20,000 bases of DNA from an uncultured virus (IMG/VR IMGVR_UViG_2876019154_000002) (IMGVR_UViG_2876019154_000002:52159-72158), one strand, 5' to 3'. Counted from the first letter of the stretch, positions 8,023-17,207 are shown. Numbers and translations: made by a program. Notes: generated by a model from the sequence alone, not told the origin.

Positions 8023-10053
8023 TTAAATATACATGATTGCAGGTATTTTTCTTTCTCCTTCACCTAAACTAGGGTTATTTATAATTTTCCCTTTGTACCA
8101 CAATGATGCACTACCACCGCCATCAAGATTAAACGCATGAATGCAACCAAGATCTTTCATTTTTCTAGCTACTTGCTCCATTGTACAACCAGCAAATCCA
8201 GATTTACCATCAACAGCAAGCAAAATATAACTTCCATCTTTTTTCTGTCCTAAACACATTCTAGCGGATAAATATCCAACCCAACCATTATAATCTAACA
8301 ATTTATTTGGAACTGGATCATATACCTCACCATCTACAACAAGTGGGGCTCGAAATATTGCTGTTTGCCATGCGTTTTCAGCAATACTAGCTGAGGCAAT
8401 CATCAAAGGGTTATTGGAACTATAACTAGGTGTTGAAAAATCGCGACATGTTAAGCTATTGTATCTATCAATGACAAGCATGCTGCGTGCCCACCAAAAG
8501 TTTTCTGTTCCATATGTATCATATACAGTTCCATTGACGACGATATCACCAAGTTTTTTACTTGGAACATGCCAAGCACTGCTATTCCATGCTAAGGTTG
8601 CATTATCAATAGATTTCATCCAGTCAGATAGTGTTTTAAAATCGTTAGTATTAGCTGCTTGTTGTATTTTTCGATAATCATTGACTCGAAATTCAATAAG
8701 GTATGAGGTTGCCTCATTTAGATCTGAATCATGCTCTTTTATAATTGGCTCTGAAATATAATCATTGATTGACGGTTTAATAATATTTAATTTTTGTTCA
8801 TTATAAATATTTGTTACATCAGCAGAAGAATCATTTCTAATGGTTTTTATTTCTCCAGGGGCATAAAATTCATTGTTAAAGTATTGGCCATTTGTTACCT
8901 CTTTACTAAACCATAATAATCCTGTATTTGTTTGTGTAACGTCTGTGTAAAATTTATTATTAAAAACAGAAATACTATCAGTGTATTCAATTTTTATACC
9001 TGATGATAAACAATGAAAACTACAATCATGTATTCGCCAGAATTTACTTGGGTAGGTATTTCCTCTTGTTTGTGCATTTAAATTGGCATTACCAATAATA
9101 ATTGCATAACCTGTTTTAACAGCTCGATCAAATACACAATTGAATAAATCAACATTAACACATCCGGTTGCCCTAATATTACAAGCTTTTTCGTTAGAAG
9201 TTAGATTTGAATTGTGAACTTTTACATCAGTACATGCCTCTAATTTTATAGTATCTGTTATGGTACTGGCTGTAATATTATTAATCATAAGACCATTACA
9301 AAAGTATGCTCTAATCCCGCCATGCTTTAACATCTCCTTATCACGCAATGAACCTGTAATAACCAAATTATCTAAAATTATTTTAGATAATCTTGCGGTA
9401 CTCGTACCAATTAAAGATATACTAGAAGCGACACAATTTGCTATACGGGTATTGAGGATACGAATTTCACTAGCAGCAAATGACATTGTTGGTTCAATAT
9501 AAATCCCATTTAGGAACTCTTGAAATTCACAATTGTCGATTAATACGTGATTAGCATTTAGAACAGTTAATCCATTGAATGCTCGACTCTTAATCGAAGT
9601 AAATTTACAACAACGAATAGAATATCCACTTGTTATCGTCCGCGATTGACCAATTTGCAGGCTCGAATGTAAAAAATTCACACCGTTTAACGCAACCGGA
9701 GTATAGATTTGTTCATTATCTTTTGGCGCAAGTTTCACTACCAGATTATTAAATGTTACATTTGAAACATTCATTCTACGCCCAATATAAAAAACCACAT
9801 TAGGAGAAAGATCTCCATTGTCAGGAGCCTTAAAAGAAACAGCGCCTGTAGAAATAAATTCTCTTTTTAATTCAATATCTGACGAAATAGTATAAGTGCC
9901 GCTCGGGAATAATAAAATTCCACCATTTTTATACGTTTCATCAATTGCTTTAGTAATGGCTAAGGTGTCATCCTGTAGCCCATCCCCTACGGCTCCGAAC
10001 TCTTTAACTGAAAAAATATTTGATTTTTTATCATACTCTTGCGATGAATTCAT
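8023..10053 (-). CDS. Right-handed beta-helix (Pectate_lyase_3-like) fused to a C-terminal phosphodiester glycosidase (NAGPA/DUF2233) domain; tailspike-like depolymerase
   Basis: N-terminal 'SVKEFGAVGDGLQDDTLAI...LLFPSGTY', beta-helix repeats, C-terminal 'ARMCLG...LLAVDG...AFNLDGGGS...NNPS...ER'; AAGGAG RBS; no signal peptide. Confidence 0.88.
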   Translation of the reverse strand: MNSSQEYDKKSNIFSVKEFGAVGDGLQDDTLAITKAIDETYKNGGILLFPSGTYTISSDIELKREFISTGAVSFKAPDNGDLSPNVVFYIGRRMNVSNVTFNNLVVKLAPKDNEQIYTPVALNGVNFLHSSLQIGQSRTITSGYSIRCCKFTSIKSRAFNGLTVLNANHVLIDNCEFQEFLNGIYIEPTMSFAASEIRILNTRIANCVASSISLIGTSTARLSKIILDNLVITGSLRDKEMLKHGGIRAYFCNGLMINNITASTITDTIKLEACTDVKVHNSNLTSNEKACNIRATGCVNVDLFNCVFDRAVKTGYAIIIGNANLNAQTRGNTYPSKFWRIHDCSFHCLSSGIKIEYTDSISVFNNKFYTDVTQTNTGLLWFSKEVTNGQYFNNEFYAPGEIKTIRNDSSADVTNIYNEQKLNIIKPSINDYISEPIIKEHDSDLNEATSYLIEFRVNDYRKIQQAANTNDFKTLSDWMKSIDNATLAWNSSAWHVPSKKLGDIVVNGTVYDTYGTENFWWARSMLVIDRYNSLTCRDFSTPSYSSNNPLMIASASIAENAWQTAIFRAPLVVDGEVYDPVPNKLLDYNGWVGYLSARMCLGQKKDGSYILLAVDGKSGFAGCTMEQVARKMKDLGCIHAFNLDGGGSASLWYKGKIINNPSLGEGERKIPAIMYI

Positions 10054-10469
10054 TTAATTATCTCCTTAATAGCCTTTTTAATTTGATTACACATTTCAAT
10101 AACATTGAATAAATGCTCCTTGTATCTGATGCTATCGCCGAACGTCATTTTTTGTGGCGGTAAATTTGCTATGCAATTACTGAGCAGATTTGCTGGAATT
10201 GGCTGATTCACGTAGACTTTTCACTTGGTTGTACAGGCTACCAGAGATAGACATAGGCACGAACTGACTAGCACAGTCATTATTTTTGAGTTGTTCTTGG
10301 ATCTGCTCCTGACGTGAAATAGATTGATTTTCTAGCTCACGTTTTGATTGTTCGTAGCGGCAATAATCTGATTATTTCACTCGATAGTTTGCTGTAATTG
10401 TTGCATCTGTGGAGATAATTCAGTCATTTTCTGTTTTGCAGTTTGTTCATCTTCAAAACATTGATAAGC
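10050..10469 (-). pseudogene. Dead second copy of the i-/o-spanin pair (repeat of ~1319-1717)
   Basis: The o-spanin has CGA->TGA at 10221-10223; the i-spanin lacks its 5' end and has a 1-nt deletion near 10355. Confidence 0.9.
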
Positions 10470-10561
10470 TCGCCGGCATTCTATAGTAGTTTAAATTTTA
10501 GGTAACCTATTAAATAACCTTAAAAAAATGATTGTAGATTTAAAAAATCAAGGTGAATAAC

Positions 10562-10750
10562 ATGGCACTAACAAGAGTTCAAATTAATCAAAAAAGTGAC
10601 GAAAAGCGAGGAGTTAAAACAAAAGGTTTTAAATTAAATATAAACGATATAGCAATGATTAAACAAACTGCTATAGATTTAAATATGTCGGAAGCAAAGC
10701 TAGTAGTAGAAGCTATTAAGTTCTATAAAGACAATAAAAAAGCCTCATAA
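10562..10750 (+). CDS. Small RHH DNA-binding protein, copy B
   Basis: Paralogue of 3717-3905; KTKGFKL ribbon. Confidence 0.7.
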   Translation: MALTRVQINQKSDEKRGVKTKGFKLNINDIAMIKQTAIDLNMSEAKLVVEAIKFYKDNKKAS

Positions 10751-10963
10751 GAGGCCTTCTTGGTAATTCAATATTGAACGTTGTTCTTGTAGAGTGATTT
10801 CATTTAGATGTTTTCTTGGGTTACCACACATCCAACAAGAACAAGCTGCGGGTGTTACTACATGCCTTTTTAGAGCCTTTCTTGAAGTAGCACCATAAAA
10901 GTCATTCTTTCTATTATCTAAACATCGTTTAATCTGATGTCGTCTATATGCTCTTGTTCTCAT
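10745..10963 (-). CDS. Basic 72-aa CSCWMC hypothetical protein, copy B
   Basis: Paralogue of 3900-4118. Confidence 0.7.
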   Translation of the reverse strand: MRTRAYRRHQIKRCLDNRKNDFYGATSRKALKRHVVTPAACSCWMCGNPRKHLNEITLQEQRSILNYQEGLL

Positions 10964-10994
10964 ATTTTTCTAATTAACTAGCAAGTTAGATAAT

Positions 10995-11018
10995 AAAAAA
11001 GCTCTTTTTCAGAGCTTT
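10995..11018 (-). terminator. tR'-like terminator, copy B
   Basis: AAAGCTCT-GAAAA-AGAGCTTT plus T-run. Confidence 0.75.
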
Positions 11019-11044
11019 ATATACAACTATTCCATTCTGTGTAC

Positions 11045-11073
11045 TTTATACCACACCTCTCTTAAGAAATCAA
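11045..11073 (-). promoter_or_regulatory. PR'-like late promoter, copy B
   Basis: TTGATT-17 bp-TATAAA immediately after the Q stop, followed by a terminator. Confidence 0.78.
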
Positions 11074-11078
11074 TTTTT

Positions 11079-11696
11079 TTATAAAAATTTATTTTTCAAC
11101 ATCTCTAATTCAATCCCGGAACTGCTTTTTATTGCGGCAAAATACCCTGTTAAAAAATCCTCACCACTTTTTTTCAGTTTATCAATTGCATTCCAATTGG
11201 TTTTAAATCTTTTGGCAATATCAACAATCGATAATGGTTTAACCATGTAGAGTTTCTCCTCTCTGATACCTCGGGCAATTTTTTTAGAATTTGGCAAATC
11301 ATGAAAACCTTGCGCTTGTCTTTTCCATTCCTCTTTAACACAGCCATCCACAGCTATATAGTCAGTAACCTCTTGTTTTTCACCCCAATAATAGAGTATC
11401 AAGGTATTATATATATCTTTGGATTGAGGTATGTTCAAAGATAAGATAGCCAAAAGTGCATCGTTAATTAGCATTGCATCATTATCAGAACAGACTTCTT
11501 TAAGTTTTTTTGGCTGTGAATGGTAATATAATAGTGTATTTTGTTTTAAATAAAGGTTTTTTCTTGACCAATTGCCAAAACGCATACATACATCAGTAAT
11601 ATCATAATCAGCTTTAAATCTCACTTTTGCGATCGACTTATCCGCTGTTTTTGGTTTTTCATCTTCTTTATATTTATACTCTGTCACTATTTTCAC
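11079..11696 (-). CDS. Q: Late antiterminator Q (Phage_antitermQ-like)
   Basis: 'FGNWSR', 'CSDNDAMLINDAL', 'LILYY' and HTH 'SIVDIAKRF...GEDFLTGY'; positioned after the replication genes and before a promoter-terminator pair. Confidence 0.8.
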   Translation of the reverse strand: MKIVTEYKYKEDEKPKTADKSIAKVRFKADYDITDVCMRFGNWSRKNLYLKQNTLLYYHSQPKKLKEVCSDNDAMLINDALLAILSLNIPQSKDIYNTLILYYWGEKQEVTDYIAVDGCVKEEWKRQAQGFHDLPNSKKIARGIREEKLYMVKPLSIVDIAKRFKTNWNAIDKLKKSGEDFLTGYFAAIKSSSGIELEMLKNKFL

Positions 11697-12097
11697 CCTT
11701 AAAATTTTTCAAGTTCCTGACACTACTCTGTTTTTAATTCGATATTTAGTTCGCTTTTTAATTACTAGGAACGTAAATGGTTAAATATCAGCGATGATTG
11801 CTATTGTTACTCTTACGTCAGCTGTTCAATGTCCTTTTACTGCTGCGGATCAATCACCCCCACCTTTATTAATCACCATAAAATCAATAAATTATGCCTC
11901 CCTGTCAGCTTAAATGATTTTTAATTTCACAAACTTAAACCGTTATTCCATTTGCTCGCTGTGACTTTTTTAAATATTGGGAAAACTGGAAATCAATTCC
12001 GAGCATCCTCCCTGGCTATATTTGCTTCTCGCATAGTGGATGTCTTGGCAGAGATCACGCTATTTTGTTTAGTAGGCGATTCTGACCTGAGCGGTGA

Positions 12098-13504
12098 TTA
12101 ACTAGCTCTGGCATATTTACGCTCTTTTTTTACTGGCTCAGGGTTTGATTGTGCGTATGCTTCAGCTTGATTTATCTCATAAATTCGAGCATGTTTAATT
12201 CCAGCATATACAGTAAAATTACCGATACCATGGCGATTCAACGCCACGATGATCTCCATTAGGTTTTTATTTGCCAGATCGTTGTAAACCGAATCACGAT
12301 AAATACCGAGCCAATAATCACAATCCTGTTCAATTTGTCCGGTATCTCGGCTATCGCTTGGTACAGGTCGTTTATCGGCTCGCGATTCAAGATTACGGTT
12401 TAGTTGTGTTAATAAAACAACTACACAATTTAATTCTTTAGCCAGCGCTTTAAGCCCTTTAGTTATCGCGGCATAAGCTAAATCATTACGTTGTTCATCA
12501 CCTTTCTCTTTATCCATCAGCGTGAGGTAATCCACCATGATCATGCCAATCTGTCCTTTAGCTTTTGCTATTCTTCTTGATTCAGATCGAATGTGTGATA
12601 GCGTAATTGCCGGTGTATCATCAATATAAATATTATCCGTATCAGTTAACGCTTTAAGATGACCTATAACTCGAGCAAACTCTTTATTAGTAGCTAAACC
12701 ATCGTCATAAAAAATATCGCTATTTACACCAGATTCCTGTGCCAAAATGTTTTCGAGCATTTGTTCGTCTTGCATTTCAAGTGAGAACATAAGTACAGGT
12801 AACTTTTCAATCATCGCACAATGGCGAGCCATATTGATTTCAAACGTGGTTTTACCCATTTTAGGACGAGCACCTACAACCAATAGTGAACCTCTTAATA
12901 ATCCTTTTGGCGCAAGTTTTTCGTCTAATGCTTTAATCCCAGTTGACAAGCCTCTGGCGTTATCCGAATTAACCAATCGTTTTTCCAGTGTCGCTTTCCA
13001 TTTTTCACCAATACTTGTGAGTGATTTAAGCCCTAGCGTTTTACCGGTTTTGTTATAGTCGTCAATTTGCGTAAATAACAATTGAATGGCTGATAACTTC
13101 TCGTTAGTTGATAAATTGGATTTTTCAAAAATCATTGCGCTGCAATCATTTAATTTTTTTAAAGTGTAACGTTCGACCGCTTTATCACGAACAATTCCAG
13201 CATAGGCGATAACATTTACCATTGATGGGGTGTTTTTCGCTAGCTCTGCCAAATAAGCGAAACCACCACATTCTTTCAAGGTGCCTTTGGCCTCCATACT
13301 GTCTGATACGGTAATTAGATCAACAGGATGATTCTTTCTGTTTAGTTCGATAATCTGATTAAAAATTATCTGATGATGCCTACTATAGAATGAATCTACT
13401 TTTAACTGGCGGATCGCCTTTTGGCAGCGTTCTGAATCGAAGTCCAACATCATCGTACCTAGTACTGCTTGCTCTGCGACTAAATCGTGAGGAGTAATAT
13501 TCAT
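12098..13504 (-). CDS. dnaB: Phage replicative DnaB-like helicase
   Basis: AEQAVLG, Walker A GARPKMGKT, SLEM, VDYL, QLNR and DSRDTGQIEQD motifs. Confidence 0.95.
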   Translation of the reverse strand: MNITPHDLVAEQAVLGTMMLDFDSERCQKAIRQLKVDSFYSRHHQIIFNQIIELNRKNHPVDLITVSDSMEAKGTLKECGGFAYLAELAKNTPSMVNVIAYAGIVRDKAVERYTLKKLNDCSAMIFEKSNLSTNEKLSAIQLLFTQIDDYNKTGKTLGLKSLTSIGEKWKATLEKRLVNSDNARGLSTGIKALDEKLAPKGLLRGSLLVVGARPKMGKTTFEINMARHCAMIEKLPVLMFSLEMQDEQMLENILAQESGVNSDIFYDDGLATNKEFARVIGHLKALTDTDNIYIDDTPAITLSHIRSESRRIAKAKGQIGMIMVDYLTLMDKEKGDEQRNDLAYAAITKGLKALAKELNCVVVLLTQLNRNLESRADKRPVPSDSRDTGQIEQDCDYWLGIYRDSVYNDLANKNLMEIIVALNRHGIGNFTVYAGIKHARIYEINQAEAYAQSNPEPVKKERKYARAS

Positions 13505-14277
13505 AACGAGCCCTCGATAAATTTTAAATATGTCGTTGTTTTTACAATGTAATCAAAATCAGCACGCCATCCTCTATCATTTTCACCAAAATAAAAACGG
13601 TTGGCTTTTTCAGCGAAGTCATAAAAATAATTTGCTAGGTTCTGAAAAGTCGGAGCATCAAATTCTTTGAGTAATTTTTTAACGGCGTTTTTTCTTGCTG
13701 TGGTCATTTTTACAACTTTAGGTAATTTATCTTCCACTGCGTCGTTATATGCATCAATAATTAGATCAAAATCAATAATATGGTTCTTTTTAGGATTACG
13801 CTTGTCATCGCAAGATGACCTGTTATTATTTGTAGTAATTTCTGTAGTAATCTCTTGATCTAACGAACTTGATTTTGTCGCCATCACGGCATCTACAATG
13901 TTGAGTTCGGGTTGCATACTTTTTATATCCCGTGATAACTCAATCATAGATTTGGCGAAATCACTTAAAACTTTATTCACTGTTTCATTATCAATTTTGT
14001 AATACGTTTTATGGACCAAGCGCTTTTCAGTGACAATTAACACACCTCTATCACTAAGTTTTTTTATTGCCGTTCGCTGTTCGTTATGGCTTAGACCGGT
14101 TTCATCTTCTAATTCATCACGCGTTTTATATACACCTAACTCAGAAGTTGCTTTATCCTGCCAATAAAATAATTGTGAAAATAGAATGGCAGAACTAACT
14201 CCGCCTAAAGGTTTAGCTAACTTGGGATAATAGGCAATGGGTTTGCCCATGGTTAGAAGATACTCTGTTGCTTTCAA
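13501..14277 (-). CDS. Phage replication initiator (O-like)
   Basis: N-terminal winged HTH ('LFSQLFYW...KTRDELEDETGLS'), EITTEITT linker, C-terminal 'GENDRGWRADFDYI'; TTG start with GAGG RBS; coupled to the helicase. Confidence 0.85.
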   Translation of the reverse strand: MKATEYLLTMGKPIAYYPKLAKPLGGVSSAILFSQLFYWQDKATSELGVYKTRDELEDETGLSHNEQRTAIKKLSDRGVLIVTEKRLVHKTYYKIDNETVNKVLSDFAKSMIELSRDIKSMQPELNIVDAVMATKSSSLDQEITTEITTNNNRSSCDDKRNPKKNHIIDFDLIIDAYNDAVEDKLPKVVKMTTARKNAVKKLLKEFDAPTFQNLANYFYDFAEKANRFYFGENDRGWRADFDYIVKTTTYLKFIEGSL

Positions 14278-14499
14278 TTTACACCTCTCATCGAATACTT
14301 AGCGTATTGAACACCGTTTTCGCCAATCAAACGGCTATTAAGTTAAATCCAGTTTTTTAAGGTCGTAAAAACGAACGCCTTATCCTCAGCAAACGCAGAA
14401 ATTCAATAACTGATTGGATTAATAATTCTGCGCTGCAAATGAGTTAACAGCCGTTTGTACTGATTTTGTATATTAGGTTTTTAACGTATTTTTGCTTGC

Positions 14500-14703
14500 C
14501 TAATGCTCAGCAGTTCCGTAATACAACCACTCAACCGAGCAATTCAGCGCTTTAGCTATCTCTACAATATTTCTTGGCTTTTCAATATGTCCAGCTTCTA
14601 AATCACTAATTGACTGTTGTTTCATTCCGACTAATTCAGCCAATGAGGCTTGGCTAATATTAAGTTCGATGCGTTTATTTTTAACTCGTTCCCCTATTGT
14701 CAT
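14500..14703 (-). CDS. cro: Cro-like HTH regulator (434-type)
   Basis: 67-aa HTH 'SQASLAELVGMKQQSISDLEAG', divergent from cI. Confidence 0.9.
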   Translation of the reverse strand: MTIGERVKNKRIELNISQASLAELVGMKQQSISDLEAGHIEKPRNIVEIAKALNCSVEWLYYGTAEH

Positions 14704-14722
14704 TTGGACCTCAATATATTTT

Positions 14723-14781
14723 ACAGTTATAACTGTATTAAATAACAGTTTATTCTGTTTGTCAATTACAGATTTATCTGT
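14723..14781. promoter_or_regulatory. OR: three ACAG-N6-CTGT operators overlapping PR
   Basis: Sites at 14723-14736, 14745-14758 and 14768-14781; minus-strand TTGACA (14760-14765)-17-TTTAAT (14737-14742). Confidence 0.88.
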
Positions 14782-14815
14782 ATTATTTTAATAATCATCA
14801 AAGAGGATTTTTAAA

Positions 14816-15460
14816 ATGAACAATCTCGGTCAAAGAATTAGAGCCAGACGCGAAGAATTGGGATTAACTCAAGAACAAGTTGCGCAACAAGTAGGAATTA
14901 AACAACAATCCTATCAAGCTATAGAAAGTGGTAGTGTTAAAAAACCTCGCCATTTATACGAAATTTCAGTCGCTTTACAATGTGATATGGCGTGGCTATT
15001 AAGCGGTAAAGATAAAGATGTAAAAAATGTAGAAGTTATAGACTTTAAAACTTATCAAGTTCCATTAATAAGCTATGTACAGGCAGGATTATGGACAGAG
15101 TCATGTGAACTTAGAGATTCAACTGGATTTGAGTATATTATGACATCATTAGAATTATCAGATGAAGCATTTGCATTAAAGATTAAAGGCGATTCAATGG
15201 AACCTGAGTTTAAAGAAGGTGATGTGGTTATTATTGATCCTGCTATTAAACCAATGCCAGGTGAATTTGTTGTAGCGGTAAATGGTGAAGAGGACGCTAC
15301 GTTTAAAAAATATCGGGAATTAGGACATGATGAACACGAAAGAATGCAATTCGAGCTTATCCCGCTTAATCCTGACTACACAACGATGAGTTCGTTAAAA
15401 CAACAGATTAGAGTAATTGGTACTATGGTTGAGCATCGGATATTTAGAAGGAAAAGGTAA
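14816..15460 (+). CDS. cI: CI repressor (HTH plus S24 autopeptidase)
   Basis: 434-like QQS recognition helix, VQAG Ala-Gly cleavage site, GDSM catalytic Ser, TFKK Lys. Confidence 0.95.
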   Translation: MNNLGQRIRARREELGLTQEQVAQQVGIKQQSYQAIESGSVKKPRHLYEISVALQCDMAWLLSGKDKDVKNVEVIDFKTYQVPLISYVQAGLWTESCELRDSTGFEYIMTSLELSDEAFALKIKGDSMEPEFKEGDVVIIDPAIKPMPGEFVVAVNGEEDATFKKYRELGHDEHERMQFELIPLNPDYTTMSSLKQQIRVIGTMVEHRIFRRKR

Positions 15461-15577
15461 CAAGTTTAAATTGTAAGTTAAACAATTTGATTATGATGTG
15501 AATTATGCATAAATAACTGCTATGGTGGCCATTAAAAAATAACAATTCAAATTCAGCTGCATAAGGAATAATATTTA

Positions 15578-16339
15578 ATGACAGATAACATGGTTAAGAT
15601 AGGAAGAATCATTAGTGATTCAGAACCAATCGGAGAAGGAATAAACGATTCTTTTAGATGTGTTGCTTGCTGTGGTGATGAAGAATATCCTGTAATTGCT
15701 AAATATTTAAAAACTATTGAAATTATTAAAGAGTTAATATGTTCAATTTTAGGCAGAACACTAAATCTACCTATTCCTGAACCAATCTTGTTATTAGATA
15801 GTAAAGATGTTTTATGCTTTGGTTCCATTGATATCGGTTACCCTAATCTTTATCATTTTTTGAATTCCAAAGATCCCTTTTATTTAGAATTTCATTCAGT
15901 AATAAAAAACTGGGATGATATTGAAAGCGCTGCATTTTTTGATGAATTTATCATAAATGCTGATAGGCATTCAGGAAATTTATTATTTAATGGTAAAAAT
16001 ATAATGATGATTGATCATGGTCTATCAATTCCATCAGATGAGGTTAATCCAGAATTCTCGGATAATTGGAATAATATATTATTCAAACATCTCCTTTGTA
16101 ACTTTGTTGGACTAAACTGTAATCATCAATTAGACAAAAATGAATTATGTAACAGACTTAACAATTGGTGCAAAGAGATTACAGGCAATGCACTTATAGA
16201 TAAAGTTGCGGATAAAATACCTCTTGATGAATCAAGAAAAAGTGAGTTATTATCGTTTCTCAAGAAACGAAGTAAATTTATTGCCAATATAATAAATAAT
16301 AAAATCACTCCACCTCAGATGGATTTTGTAAATGATTGA
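15578..16339 (+). CDS. HipA-like (PI3/PI4K-fold) protein kinase
   Basis: VIAK, 'KELICSILGRTLNLPIP', catalytic loop FDEFIINADRHSGNLL, and IDHG. Confidence 0.85.
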   Translation: MTDNMVKIGRIISDSEPIGEGINDSFRCVACCGDEEYPVIAKYLKTIEIIKELICSILGRTLNLPIPEPILLLDSKDVLCFGSIDIGYPNLYHFLNSKDPFYLEFHSVIKNWDDIESAAFFDEFIINADRHSGNLLFNGKNIMMIDHGLSIPSDEVNPEFSDNWNNILFKHLLCNFVGLNCNHQLDKNELCNRLNNWCKEITGNALIDKVADKIPLDESRKSELLSFLKKRSKFIANIINNKITPPQMDFVND

Positions 16340-17207
16340 TAGTATAAAATTATTATCTACATTACCCAAACTACCTAGCTATAAAGCTGCATGGGCGCCT
16401 ATTTATTTTGAACCTATTATGGGTTCTGGTGAAAGATTGACTGTTGCTGTAGTTGCAATTGCCGAAAATGGTGAATTTAAAATAAATCAATCAATACGAC
16501 AAGATGTTGTAAAGGCAATGTATGGCAGTAAATCAGAACAATTTAATTCATTGATTGAGTTGATAATATCGAATCTTACGCTACATTTAAGTAAAATTAA
16601 AAATTTAGAGAATTGGTGTCCTCCAATGCAAGGCGTAACTTTAGGTAAAATAAAACAAACTTACTCTACAGATATAACTGGAGTTCTTAGACAAGCTGTA
16701 ATGCTATCTGCTAGCATGTCATCATTAGACTTCTACTCAAATGATGAAGAAAACGAACAATATTCGTCAGATAACACATGGTCAAAATTGGTAAAAGATG
16801 CAGTTCTAGTTAAACACGCACATTTTTCTCATTACTTTAATCAACAATTTAAAGTAACAAAAGAAGCCAGAGCTGCAAAAATCTTTTTCTTGAGCGACCG
16901 CTCAGCCATCAACACTGAAAGATTACGACCAAGTAATATTTCTACTGATTTAGATAAAAGTAAAGCTAGATTACTAGATCTATTTGCCGTAAAAGATCAT
17001 GAAGATTTCTTTCAAAGACAAACTCATGAACTCATTGTTTACAGACCTTATGATGATGAACCCATATACAGTAAACCGCAAATAAAAAGAATGAAAGACG
17101 CTTTTTTAACTCTTGAAGAGATAGGAGATAAACACTCAATTATCGTTACCTCTGTTCATACTGTTCAAGAAGCATTAAAAAGAATAGTGGGTGCCGAATT
17201 AAATTAA
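16332..17207 (+). CDS. Kinase partner protein with a DUF3037-like N-terminus
   Basis: Overlaps the kinase stop by 8 nt; 'IYFEPIMGSGERLTVAVV' resembles the DUF3037 'P....E..NVGVV' motif. Confidence 0.6.
   Translation: MIDSIKLLSTLPKLPSYKAAWAPIYFEPIMGSGERLTVAVVAIAENGEFKINQSIRQDVVKAMYGSKSEQFNSLIELIISNLTLHLSKIKNLENWCPPMQGVTLGKIKQTYSTDITGVLRQAVMLSASMSSLDFYSNDEENEQYSSDNTWSKLVKDAVLVKHAHFSHYFNQQFKVTKEARAAKIFFLSDRSAINTERLRPSNISTDLDKSKARLLDLFAVKDHEDFFQRQTHELIVYRPYDDEPIYSKPQIKRMKDAFLTLEEIGDKHSIIVTSVHTVQEALKRIVGAELN

Noticed and set aside
3620..11453. Long direct repeats as IS ends or att sites
   Set aside because: No transposase or integrase; the repeats are phage late-control genes.
13830..13856. ATTACTACA repeats as origin iterons
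   Set aside because: Only two copies, explained by the EITTEITT coding repeat; the origin could not be placed.
5543..16308. Short ORFs nested in or antisense to long genes (5543, 5968, 7040, 8459, 9260, 12747, 13667, 15553, 16126)
   Set aside because: Shadow ORFs of well-supported genes or remnants.
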